A stretch of DNA of 60,149 bases, the filler included, from Nemertoderma westbladi (Eukaryota > Animalia > Xenacoelomorpha): assembly GCA_032718475.1 (NCBI GenBank). It is 2 parts of 2 records of this genome, joined end to end, with 100 filler letters (N's around TTAATTAATTAA, not from the genome) between each part and the next. Parts side by side here need not be neighbours in the genome. Positions count along the whole stretch, not along the records: positions 31,872 to 60,149 come from JAUCBJ010006052.1; 1 more part is not named here. One strand, 5' to 3'. Positions 48,621-60,149 of the stretch are shown one piece after another (within the stretch, counting starts at the first letter, position 1; each line of letters starts with the position of its first letter). The translations under genes were made by a program, and so were the position numbers. The notes beneath the pieces were generated by a model, which did not search any database, was not told the DNA's origin, and worked only from the letters and a program-made list of their open reading frames with translations.

Positions 48621-49989
48621 CAAGTTTGTAAATTATAAAAATAAATGTTTAATATAGGGCATTGAAAAAAATAAGTAATGTTATTAGGCCCCCTAAGTGA
48701 TGCTCACAGAAACTGAATCATACTTGGTAGCGTTTATTACTGGAACTATTTAAATGAGAAGGCATTGTTTTGAAAACGATACTATTAATTTGTTTAATTA
48801 ATTGTTGCTAATTGCATTGAATTTGACAAAACTAGTTTACTAATAATTTGCAATTAGTTCTAATATATTATTATTAATATTATATATATATATATATATT
48901 TAATATAAATGTATACATATATTATAAATTATAATTTAATCAAAATTTGGATTCCGATTCAGATTCAGTTCATAACACTGAAAGGAACTATCAATCAATC
49001 AAACTAAAATTTATTGTATTGTATATTATTAGGTGACAGCATTAAATTATAAAAAAAAAAAATTCCCTATAGTCTGTAACATTATTATTTTGCATTATGT
49101 TTATTAAATGAGTCACAAACAAAAATTCCTGTTGTCAATGAATTATATTGTTTATTATTATTATTTTTATTACAGCTATCATAGGTAACATATTTCTCCA
49201 TTCATGTAATGGAGATATGGTGGGAAAATCCATTGAGTGTATTCTACAAGATGGAGTTCGAGGGAGAACTGAAGAGAGCCAACATTCGATTCCCTGTCAA
49301 CATTGGATCTCGTAAAAGAAAGGCCATAAGAAACCCGCTGGACTAGCTAGGACGAGTGTACGTATTGTACAGTCCCCTTCCCAACCAACCCCAACAGTGT
49401 CATCAAAACCTACAGAGGGACATCCAGGCGATGTTAAAGCTAATGCCACTCCGCGATCGGTGAAATCGCGATCGGATTTATGAAAGCAATAGCTGGTAAA
49501 GTTAGAAAATAGCAAAGTTATAAGTTATCCATGTAGAAACTCGAGGGACAGGAAAACGTCACGTTGCATGTTTACATGGCAACATGATTCATATTAATTA
49601 TATATTACCAGTGAATATTATCCTAAAATAATTTTATATTAATTTTTAATTTAAGACTTTAACCATAGTGTAAACTACTGTACTTCGAAATTTTGAAAAA
49701 TATATTCAAATTATTTCCTTAATAAATTAATTTAACCATCAAATAATACAGAGATGGGAATTACTTATTAATGCCTGAATACTACCCCCCCCCCCCCCCC
49801 CTTAATATATTAAAAAAAGTTTTTTTGTAAATTTCCAAAATAAGGGGGTACTACCCTCCCCCCCCCCCCCCCCCCCCCCCCTTAATAAATATTAAAAATT
49901 TTGACATTCAAATCAATATAAATCCGCACAGCGGGGTGTTTGCTAGAAGTGATTCCCTGCAGTTCCCTATGTCTGAAGCTTTCGAACTC

Positions 49990-50290
49990 TCAGCTCCGCA
50001 TATCAATCACTACCCGCCTCGGCTGCAAATTAACCGAGCCCCACTCCTGCACCAGGTGTGGTAGCCCAGTCCATGCGGATTGACTGCACGGCCTTTATTG
50101 TCAGAAGAGTGCTGGCTGATTCGTCCCCGCCATTCAATGCTGAATGAGATCCTGAAGCGTGGGTTGGCCAGCTGCAATATCCCCTCCCTCTAGATTCTAT
50201 TCTAGATTCACCCGGCCTCTTTAGAACAGATGGTAAACGGGTAGATGGATGACTCTGGTGCATTGGGAGATCGGAAAGACTTTATCCTAC
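49990..50290 (+). pseudogene. CRE-like non-LTR retrotransposon fragment (zinc finger and restriction-like endonuclease)
   Basis: CTRCG..LHGLYCQKSAG, RHSMLNEILKRGL and GLFRTDGKRVDG..LVHWEIGK, with stops and frameshifts. Confidence 0.55.
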
Positions 50291-51495
50291 CTTAAAGATG
50301 TAAAAGATTTTTAATAATAGAGTAGTTTTATTGATAGTATTTAATATTGACATTTATTCATTTGATATCCATATTTAAAAGCATTTCACAATTTGTAAAC
50401 ATAAATACTCCAATGAAATAAACTCTTAAGTTTTCAAATGATATTTAGCATTTATTCAATTTTCATTTATGTTTATCAACAGGTTTCTACGGCGCTTTTT
50501 AGAGCGTTGAGACATACAGTAAGTACCGTGATGTCAGCCAGCAGAAACATCCGTTTACTTCCTGTTGTAAGAGCTACTCGTCGGCGCGCTAGTGCAGTTG
50601 GCTGCACACGTATAGCCGACCGACTATTCCTAAGCAAACCTACAGTATGGTGATTCAAAAAATTAAAAAATATATATTTTTTTATTGCTCAAGTGAATTT
50701 TCCCATTGCATTTCACCTCAAAACATTATATACAATTGTTTTTTCAAAAAATATTAAACTTAACACTAGAAAGCCAATGTCTCATTTTTGACACAAATCT
50801 GACTTTGACCATGCCTGACATGCTACAATTTCTACAAGTTCTACAAGCTCATGGAGTAAAAATTTTTTACAGCCATCCCTACTATGAAAATTTTAAAAAG
50901 TTACTAGAAAAGCCAGATGTGTTAAAAATTACACAAAGGCAAAATAGTGCCAATAAAGGCAATATTTCAATTTCTGATGAGCCACTTATTCTGTAAATAT
51001 GTCTAAATGGGTAGGTGAAAAATAAAAGCTAACTAAAAATACATATATATTTTTTTTTTTAATTTTAAATATAATAAATATTACTTATAAATAGATTTAG
51101 GGGTAATTACTAATTTAGAATTCACTCAATTAAAATTCGGTCGACACCCCATAGGGAGTATCTATTGGAAATTCTTTCTGCAAAATTTTGCTATATTTTG
51201 TTTAGAATTGTAGAAGATACATTTCCTACAGTAGTGTTTTTATAACATTCAAAATATACTATTGTTTACTTTGCCCAATGTTTGTTACTAGTTTCATTAC
51301 TTTTTATGGTCCTCAAAATAATATTAGCTTGTCTGCTGTGTTCTTTACTATAGCCCTATAAAATCCGGTGCCCAAATGCTTTAGGGCATATAGTAGAATT
51401 GTGTAGAGTAGAGTTTTATAGAATTTATACATAATATTCCATACACTTAGATTTATATTAGATTTTATTTAGAATAAGATTTTTTGTAAACCGAC

Positions 51496-52260
51496 ATGGA
51501 TAATAGGAGCAACATTGGTATGTCTCTTCACGGGAGAGTCTATACCTCTGCAGATGATACAGGCAGCAGACTCAGATTATTCTGGCGAGGATGAACTTTC
51601 GCCAGGAGATGATGGGGATGATTATGATGTACCTACCATCCAATCGAGAGTCTGATGATGATTTTGAGAATATCGACACCATAGAATTGCCTCCAGATGG
51701 AACTCCAGACAGCACTGACACTGACAAGGATGTTGAATCCGAACACTCAGGGTCAAAAGGAAAAAAAAGATGAAAAAGAAGAAAGTCTTCCTCCTAATGA
51801 ATCTTCAAATGGAACAAAATGGTTTACTGATTGTCCTATAACTGTGGAAACTAGTCACGTCAAAATGTACTCAAGAAGGCACCAGGTTAAAGCCATATGT
51901 TAATGCTAGGGTTGCCACAGAGTTAGATTCATGGGAAGAGTTTATTGACTCAACAGTCAACAATGTTGCAAAAAATATTTGATTATAGTAATGCATATCA
52001 TCCCTCTGGTATGGAACCTATACCATTGGTAGAATTGAAAAAGTTTATTGCATTGCAATATGCCAGAGGTCTTTATAATCATCATATTCCTAGGGATTTA
52101 CTTTGGAGTGAACAATATGGGATTCTGTTGTTTTGAAATACTATGTCTCGCAACAGGTATGAAGCCATTTCTAGAATTTTGGGATTTAATTTGAAAAGTA
52201 ATCATTCGGAACAATCTGATGATCATTTCAAGCATATAAGGAGATATATTTGAAAGGTTT
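51496..52260 (+). pseudogene. piggyBac-like transposase N-terminal fragment
   Basis: Acidic N-terminus, then ELKKFIALQYARGL..LLWSEQYG..NTMSRNRYE...DIFERF. Confidence 0.65.
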
Positions 52261-52289
52261 GTGGGGCGAGCCATGAAGTGAGTGAGCCT

Positions 52290-53485
52290 TAGCATAGGGG
52301 TACCATTAAGAAAGACAGGCATTTGGCTGTTATCTTTGTTGACTTCTTTATGGCCTTTGATTCAGTCTCTCGTTCACGTATGTTCAGCATACTTTCATTA
52401 TATGGGATTCCTGATGAAATTATTGCAGCAATCAGATCAGTATACGATGGTTCGACTACATTTGTGTCTACTGTTGATGGTGACACAGAACCATTTGAAG
52501 TATTATGGGGAGTCCTCCACGGAGACACACTTGCACCATTATTGTTCATAATTGTGGTTGACTATGTTCTACGCATGTCCTTAGATCATCATAATGATGA
52601 TGGGGTGATGGTAACTCCACCTACTGGTTCCAGAAGTCGAGGAAATCCTGACAGGTATCTAACTGATCTAGACATTGCTAATGACTTAGGAGTATACTCA
52701 GAATCACTAGAGGGAGCCCAACAGCTCCTCAGCTCATTAGAACAGGCTGCTTCTAGTGTTGGTCTTTTTATTAACTCCAAAAAGACCAAAATTTTGACAG
52801 GTAACTTTGAAAGTCCTCAGCAAGTCTGATCGGATGAGCATAAGCTCAAAAGATGGTATGCTTGAGCATGTGGATGACTTCTGTTACCTGGGATCAAGGA
52901 TCCGGAAGTCAGGTGAGGACTTTCGAATATGTAAGGGAAAGGCATGGGCAGCCTTGAATAGGCTTTCCAGGATTTGGAAGTCACCGAGAATTAATCGGAA
53001 ACTTAAGGTACGATTATTTAGAGCAGCAGTAGTTCCAGTACTCCTCTATGGGAGTCCTTGCTGGGCTCTAACTGCTGAGGACACCAAATCTCTGGATGGC
53101 ACATTCATAAGAATGCTACGCCGGGTTCATTGTGTCAAGTACAATGCACACATCTCCAACCAGACACTATATAACATTGGAGGTGTCTCATTGGTTCCCC
53201 CAAGCTTGACACTAGAACAAAATCGCCTCCGCTTTGCAGGACATTGCTTTCGCCGTGAGGACCAGCCAGTGCATAATCTTGTACTTTGGCAGCCTCATGG
53301 AGTGAATAAGCATGGTGGAAAGCCCATGACTTTCTTGAGACGCATCTTAAAGGACACTGGCCTTGAAGATGCGGATGATCTAGCAAATGTCATGGGTGAT
53401 AGGAAGTTGTGGCGGTGCAATTTTGTCGATAAGCCGGCACAGCATTCTTAAAAATGCAGCTGCAATGCAGCTTGCCGATCCTAGT
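52290..53485 (+). mobile_element. 5'-truncated RTE-clade LINE
   Basis: FVDF..AFDSVSR, GVLHGDTLAPLLF, degenerate DLDIANDL, FCYLGS, VLLYGS..W and RLRFAGHC, with one frameshift near 52820. Confidence 0.88.
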
Positions 53486-56400
53486 AATTATGTTGATGGT
53501 GTCTACACAAACTAAAGAGACCATTGCGGATCGAATGAGCCATTTTTAATTCTGTGGGATAATTAGAAGCTCCTTTTTTTGTAATATTCCAATATCTCAT
53601 TGATGCGCTAATGGTAAGTTGGAACTATCATATACCTTTTGAGCAATATCTCGAGAACTAATAATTTTTGTGTTGTTTTCATTGTGTCTATCCCCACTAA
53701 AATGCTGTTTGCGATTCAAATGAGACAAATATGAGGCATTTACGATCAACAGAAGTGAAAAATTGAGCAGCTCTTAAATTTGTACCTTGTAATTGTTCTT
53801 TATGTGACTGGAGTCAATATACAATATAACGGCACAATTTCCTGAACATTATATATATATATATATACAATATATACACATATAAGTTTGGCAATCAAAA
53901 TTTGTATTTTTGAATTATAAATTTGAATACTTAATCTGATATCAAATCGACTGCTTTTATGAAACAACTAAATTTCATTTGACAATAATAAGATAGAAAA
54001 GGGATGTCTGGTGCATTGACACATAATGACACAATAGCAGAATAAGGAGACACAAGCGAAAATAGTTTGATTAGTGAAAGTAGTAATTTGAACTCAAATT
54101 GGTGATTGCGAAAAATATTGATGTGCTAGGTCCAATGTGAAAATAAATTTAGAATCTGCATTATAGAATTATGTATGATTCATTCATATGAACAAAACTC
54201 ATTCCAGTCATTACCGTATGCGCGCAGGGCACCACCCGCTGAACTCAAACACCAATGCAATACAGTATAATAAAAGATGTATTATTTGTTTGAAAGTGTG
54301 TCATGCAGCATATCATTTGATAGAGAATTACAAATTGCACATAAATAATGCGCATAAATATTTCTAAGCCCAAGCATAAGCTTATTTGGATTTATCGCGA
54401 TAACCCACTCTATCGCAAAATATCGCCAAATTGCGAAAATACAAAAGCTCGTTGGGCAACCCCTAGATATCAATATTTATGGCTAAATATTGGCATGGGT
54501 TTGTTTTATAACCTCTTCCATCAAATGGAAAACGTCCCCATATGAATTTCAAAAATTCGATTTTTATGAAGGTACCTATTGTCCTGTCACCTTCACATAA
54601 ACTTACATTATTACACTTACGATTCCATTCGCCAATCACACTTATGTCAATATTGGGCCTACTGAACTGTGTCTGTACCACCCCTATATTTCAACTCATA
54701 TAATTAAATTTTGTGTTAATAACTTCACATTCACAAGATTAACTACTTGGGGGCTGGATATAATAAATCTAACACCTAAAACATGACAACTGAAAAAAAA
54801 AGTTAATATGACAATTTTTCCGAATTTTCAAGTTTTTGAAAAATAGTGAGTATATCTGTACCACTCTTATGCATCAACTCAATCAAAAAATTTTCATAAG
54901 TAAATCTTCACAATCACCATATGATTAAATTAAACTACTTGAGGACTGCAAATTTCACATTTGAAAATTTCAGGTCGAAGTGCAAATAAAAGTAGGCGGT
55001 AGGTGCTGCGTCATTTTACAAAATGTATCATCCCTTAAGTTTAATATTTTTTGAAAAAATTTGTATATAATGTTTTGAGGTGAAATACAATGGGAAAATT
55101 CACTTGAGCAATGAAAATAAGAAAAAAGTGTTTTTTGAATCACCCTAACCTACAGTCTAACACTTGAACTCTGTGTAAAAAGGAATGTATCCCTAGATGT
55201 TCCAATCATTTATCAATCTTCCAATCGTTTATCAATGTTCCAATCGTTTTGGCATACGCAACGCATGCCTATAAACCATAACAACAATGTTATATTATAG
55301 GCCTACTGACTAGGCTAATGTCACCTGCTGACATCGGCTGCTAGCTTTCTCTTCTAATACTGTTGGTATAATAACCCTCACATGATTTCACCCATTTTCT
55401 CCATTCCTTACAGCGTTTGGAACACTTTGTCTCTCTACCTACCATCTAAAGTAAGTGAAAAAAAAACCCTTACTAGTTCGACCCCTATCTCCCTATCTCC
55501 ATTCCTTACATTATTTCAACGTCCAATCAAATAATAGTTTATTAACCAATCCCAAGCACCAATTCGTTATGGTGTTCCTACTGGTGTAAGGATTGGGAAT
55601 ACATGTAAGGGTAGACTAATTCAGCCACATAAAGACATATGGTACCAGTCCAGTAGGCGTCATTCAGTCATTATATATATATTCATTATGCATTCCCTAT
55701 CTTCTTTCTGGCTTTCCCATGGTGTTACCTGGTTACCGCTGTACCTGTCAGCAAGTACATATGTATGTACATGGCAGCATGGTACACCTGTACACCACTC
55801 AACCACTACACAAACAATCTCCTCCACCACAACCATTATCAGATTATTACAGTATTAGGCCATAGGTACGAATTACAGTATTAGAAGTTTAACCTTCACT
55901 CTCCATGTCTTCTGTCTGCAGTTCTGTGAAATTTAATGTTGGAATAACCGGCAGCTCGGAATCTAAACTGCCAGCAGCAGCAGGCATTGAGGGCAGGCCG
56001 GCTGGTAGTTCTGCAGGTTCGACTGGTATGGTAATACTCTCTGACTGTCAACTGTTCTGCTGGTGTATTGACAATTGATGTGCAGCTGTGCAGGGTAGTG
56101 GTACCGACCGCTATTTATAACAGTCGGACAGTTCAGCAGTTTAATGGTGTAATTCGGTAACCAGGCTGCCAGTCTTATAGATGTAACTCTTGGGCCAATG
56201 CACTGCTTCTTTATCACATAGCAATGAGAATATCACCAAAGTTACAGTTGGCTTCAAGTCAACAATTCTCAAGAATGTGGCAGAAAAGGTCTTTCCTGGC
56301 CACCCAAATTATAAATTCATAGAAGCATTTGCTTTCATTCAACACACAGTATACATCATACACATTAAAAACTGGATAAAAAGTCGCTCTACAATTTCAC

Positions 56401-59400
56401 ATAGAAAGTACCTGAGGGGCAGGCCACTGAGTTTTTAGGAGAGGAGTCAATCAAGCAAGTAAAGAATGCAATCCTGACGAGCATGATTGGAAACGAGCTT
56501 GCCGTGCTTCAGATTCTGTAAAGATTCATTCATTCAGATTCGGTAAAGAAAGCTGTACATAATAGAATCGACTTCCAAACAACCAAATATACTCCTCGCA
56601 ATGCAGACCCAATGAATAAAGAAAAGGCTTTAATAACAATGATATTTAGTGTAAATAAATACTGCTTCTCAAGACAGCGGAGTGCTATAGAATGTCTTAG
56701 TGGGAAAAAAATGAATATAACAATGGAAACTATTTTCAATATTGCTTCAACAAATCAAAAAATCTTATGAGCAATCCCTTTCTTAAAGGGTAGAATTTGA
56801 CATCAATCAAGTCTATGCTTATTGTTTTCAATAAGACAGACTGAAGAATCCTCACTAATTTAAAAGTCGAACAAATTGGAGAGGTTATTGTGGATCTATC
56901 TCATAGAGGATAACAATCTATCACATTGGTATGATATACTAAAAACTGCCAAAAGAAAACAATATTATATACATATATAATATATGATATATAATATTAT
57001 AACCTCACTGAAGATCCGGATGAATAAGAATGGTCTATTTAGGTTCTACATGCATTTGGAGTAATTTGGGATCAATAAAAACACTTATTTCTGTCATCAT
57101 AAATTAATAATTACTTTTGAAATGGTAGCTCATTGTTTAGTATAATTTTATTCATATATACCGGTATATAAATATTTATCTTAGGTATATAAAAAAACCC
57201 GACTTGAGGGTCAAGTGTCACTTTTAAAGTTATATATATAAGAGAAGCGCAATTTAATTGTGGTTCAGATGTAACAACAACCATTTCGTTTCAATCATCC
57301 GTTCAAAAATTCTTAATCAAAGAGTGTAATTGAATTAAGAAAAATTTTGATGATACGAATTATAAATATCTCTATAAAGGTAAAAAAACAGCATCACAAA
57401 TAAGATTGATCTTAGTGTGCTCTATTCTATATGGATGGATATATATATTTATATGGATGGCTCTATATGGATATATTCGATGGATGAGCTTTAGGCCCAA
57501 AACATTTCCGATTAAATGATATTGACAATGGTCTGAATCTACTTTTAAAATGTGGGGCGAGCCAGTATTAGGTTGGCATCCATCAAGGTTACCTAGAAAA
57601 TAAAAGAAAGTCTAACAGATCAGCCACAGCCACTGGTATTGCAATATTTCTACAATCTGTGATTTTCACTGTTTTGAAATACCAAAAATGTGATTTTAGG
57701 GTTCCAATTAGCAGATTAGGGTTAGAACGAGGGTTCCAGATAGGGTTGGAGGTAAAACACTTCTTGTCTAGGGTTTCAATTGCAAAATTACTAAATAACA
57801 CTATTATACCTGGTTGTGGCAGATCTGCAAGATCTGTCTCTAATGTCCTGTAGACTAACTAATTATTGCATGCACATGCAAGAGGGTCATTTTAGAATTT
57901 TTTTTGTAATTCTTCTGTATCATTGAGTCATGTTTGTTGGGAAAACGGAGATTTCATGACTTTAACAAAAATATAAGTGGCTATCCAATAGAACAAACAA
58001 ATGGAATTTACATGGCTATGTTAGTTTTCGTGCTGTGGTCCCTTTCTGTCACCCTTCTCCAGTATTTTTCAAGCGAAAATTTTCAAAGCTTTTATGGCTA
58101 ATTAAAATTAATTTATTTGCGATATGTAGCGGCGTTTTTGGACACTGATCACACTTATAGAACTCAAATATAACATAATAATTTATAGTAATTATTCATA
58201 GTAATTTTGAATTGGCCCTCTGAGGGATGAAAAAAACAAGTATTGAAAATGTGATAAATGAAAAATCACCGCAAAATCAAATTGATTTTAATACCATTTT
58301 TCATTTATGTTTTTTGGGATGCTGATTACGAATATGACACTGACATATATCGTACATTGTTGATTAGAGCATTTTTGGCATGTGGCATGAAAAATACAAG
58401 TAGCACAAATTTGATAATCAAAAATTGTTTAAAAAAGTTTAAAAAAAAAAAATTTTTAGACATTATGGGTTTTCTGGGATGCTGATCACGAATATGACAC
58501 TCAAAAATATCGTATTATCTAACCAAATTCGATTTATGCCGTTTTAAATTTTTTGCCTCTTATATTTTTTGTCCCACTGGACAAGCACCAAAAATGATAG
58601 TTTTGTATCGTTATCAGCGACCTTGAAAAGCAGTATAGCTTTAGAATTAAATATTTCATATACCGTATAAAATGTAGAGTCAACATGGCACTGCAGGACA
58701 TACCAATGCACTGTGTTATTAGCACATGGTATTGTTGGCCTTGGATCATCATGGTACTTTATTGAATATAATTAACCATCATGGCATGGCCAAAATTGAA
58801 TATAATTAACCATCATGGCATGGCCAAACCATGGGCATTGTAGGGAAAGACATGGCAATGTAAGTTATTAACAATTGAGCATCATGGCATGGGTCGTCAA
58901 GGCACAGCATAATGAATTCTTGCCAACACAAAAATATCAGGTTAGTTCAAAGTTAGCTTGCTGACGATCCTAGTTTGTGAGTCCAATGGAATCAGATTTA
59001 AGAGATTTACAACAAAATATCTGGATTTAATTTAATACCTTCAATTCAAAATGTATTACAAATTAATAATTTATTAATTTGGCATAAATTGATTGACAAG
59101 GTATTCAGTTCTATTTACACTACAAATATTAAAATGCAAATCAAATCCAAATAAAAACAAGTAAAAAGTACAACCTTTCAATTATTACTGAGGGTACTAT
59201 AAACTATAATACGGGCATGGCTGGCTACCCACATAAAAAAAAATGCAAATCCATGCGCTACTTTAGTAATAACAATAATCCCCAAATATAAACAAATTAA
59301 ACAAACTTATAGTAACTATAATATTTTTGCATATCATATAATTATAAAAATATTATTTTTCGAAAGTATTCAGATCGAGTTAGTATCTATTTATACTGCA

Positions 59401-59441
59401 AATAATGAATATGCATTTAGTGTTATTATTATATTACATAT

Positions 59442-59849
59442 TAGTGTTCAAATGGGAACAGACTTTTCGGGATCGGGATTATCACTCTCGGAATCCCGTT
59501 TTTCGCGATCGGGATTGAATTTCGACTAAATTCCTTAAAGTTATTAGTATATGTGGTGGGTTTTTGGTAACACTCACTTAATCTTACAGTTCTGGAATAT
59601 TAGTAAGATAAAGTTATATCGAAATTATTTTGCAATCGATTACTAGATGGTTTACTGACATACAAATTCGATATAATCAAAATATTTCCGTTCTGCTGGA
59701 ACAAATTATTAGATATTCAACAAATTTACTTACTACATATATATTTCGGCATATATATATTTATATACCAAAAAAAGTTGGGACCCTGGAATAGCATTTT
59801 TCACCAGGATCCTGGGTTTTTGGGATCGGGATCCCATTTAATAGACTGT
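59442..59849. mobile_element. MITE-like element with imperfect TIRs and cgggat subterminal repeats
   Basis: tagtgttcaaatggga at the left and tcccatttaatagactg at the right, with repeated gggatcgggat. Confidence 0.5.
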
Positions 59850-59851
59850 AA

Positions 59852-59990
59852 TTTATATCCAATTGAGAAATAAAAATACAAACCTTACAATATATCCAAT
59901 TAAGAAATAAAAAGACAAACTTTATATCCAATTAAGAAATAAATATACAAACTTTTTATATCCAATTAATAAATAAAAATACAAACTTTC
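59852..59990. repeat. ~33-bp AT-rich tandem repeat
   Basis: tatatccaattaagaaataaaaatacaaac occurs 4 times. Confidence 0.8.
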
Positions 59991-60149
59991 AATTATATTG
60001 CTGAGAAGGTAATAAACTAAAATGGCAACTAAAGGGTAAACTGTGAAAAAAAACATGCAAATTCATCCAATGAGTAACAATTTATCTGTGTATACTACAA
60101 AACAATTTGAAATTCACAGCTGAAAACGACTCACGATCTGTGTATGATG

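Noticed and set aside
56190-56760. Possible degraded coding or transposase fragment
   Set aside because: The composition looks coding-like, but I cannot assign any motif with confidence.

Overview
AT-rich eukaryotic genomic DNA, probably from an invertebrate animal, with one assembly gap (31772-31871). The first 15 kb is a young BEL/Pao-type LTR retroelement on the minus strand; its LTRs differ at about 5 sites in 606 bp. Its gag-protease frame is continuous apart from three in-frame stops, while RT, most of RNase H and the integrase core are deleted. In the env position it carries an intact 1417-aa ORF with a coiled coil, a DnaQ/DEDDy-like 3'-5' exonuclease domain (WRN/EXD/RNase D type), three CCHC-type zinc knuckles and a basic tail. 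This is the most interesting signal in the window. The only clear host gene is a type I cAMP-dependent protein kinase regulatory subunit (2 coding exons, 378 aa, + strand). The rest is transposon debris (pogo-, Academ-, hAT-, Sola-, piggyBac-, RTE-, CR1/L2- and CRE-like fragments and MITEs), an 81-bp satellite and local duplications. All domain and family calls come from motif recognition by eye, not from database searches.
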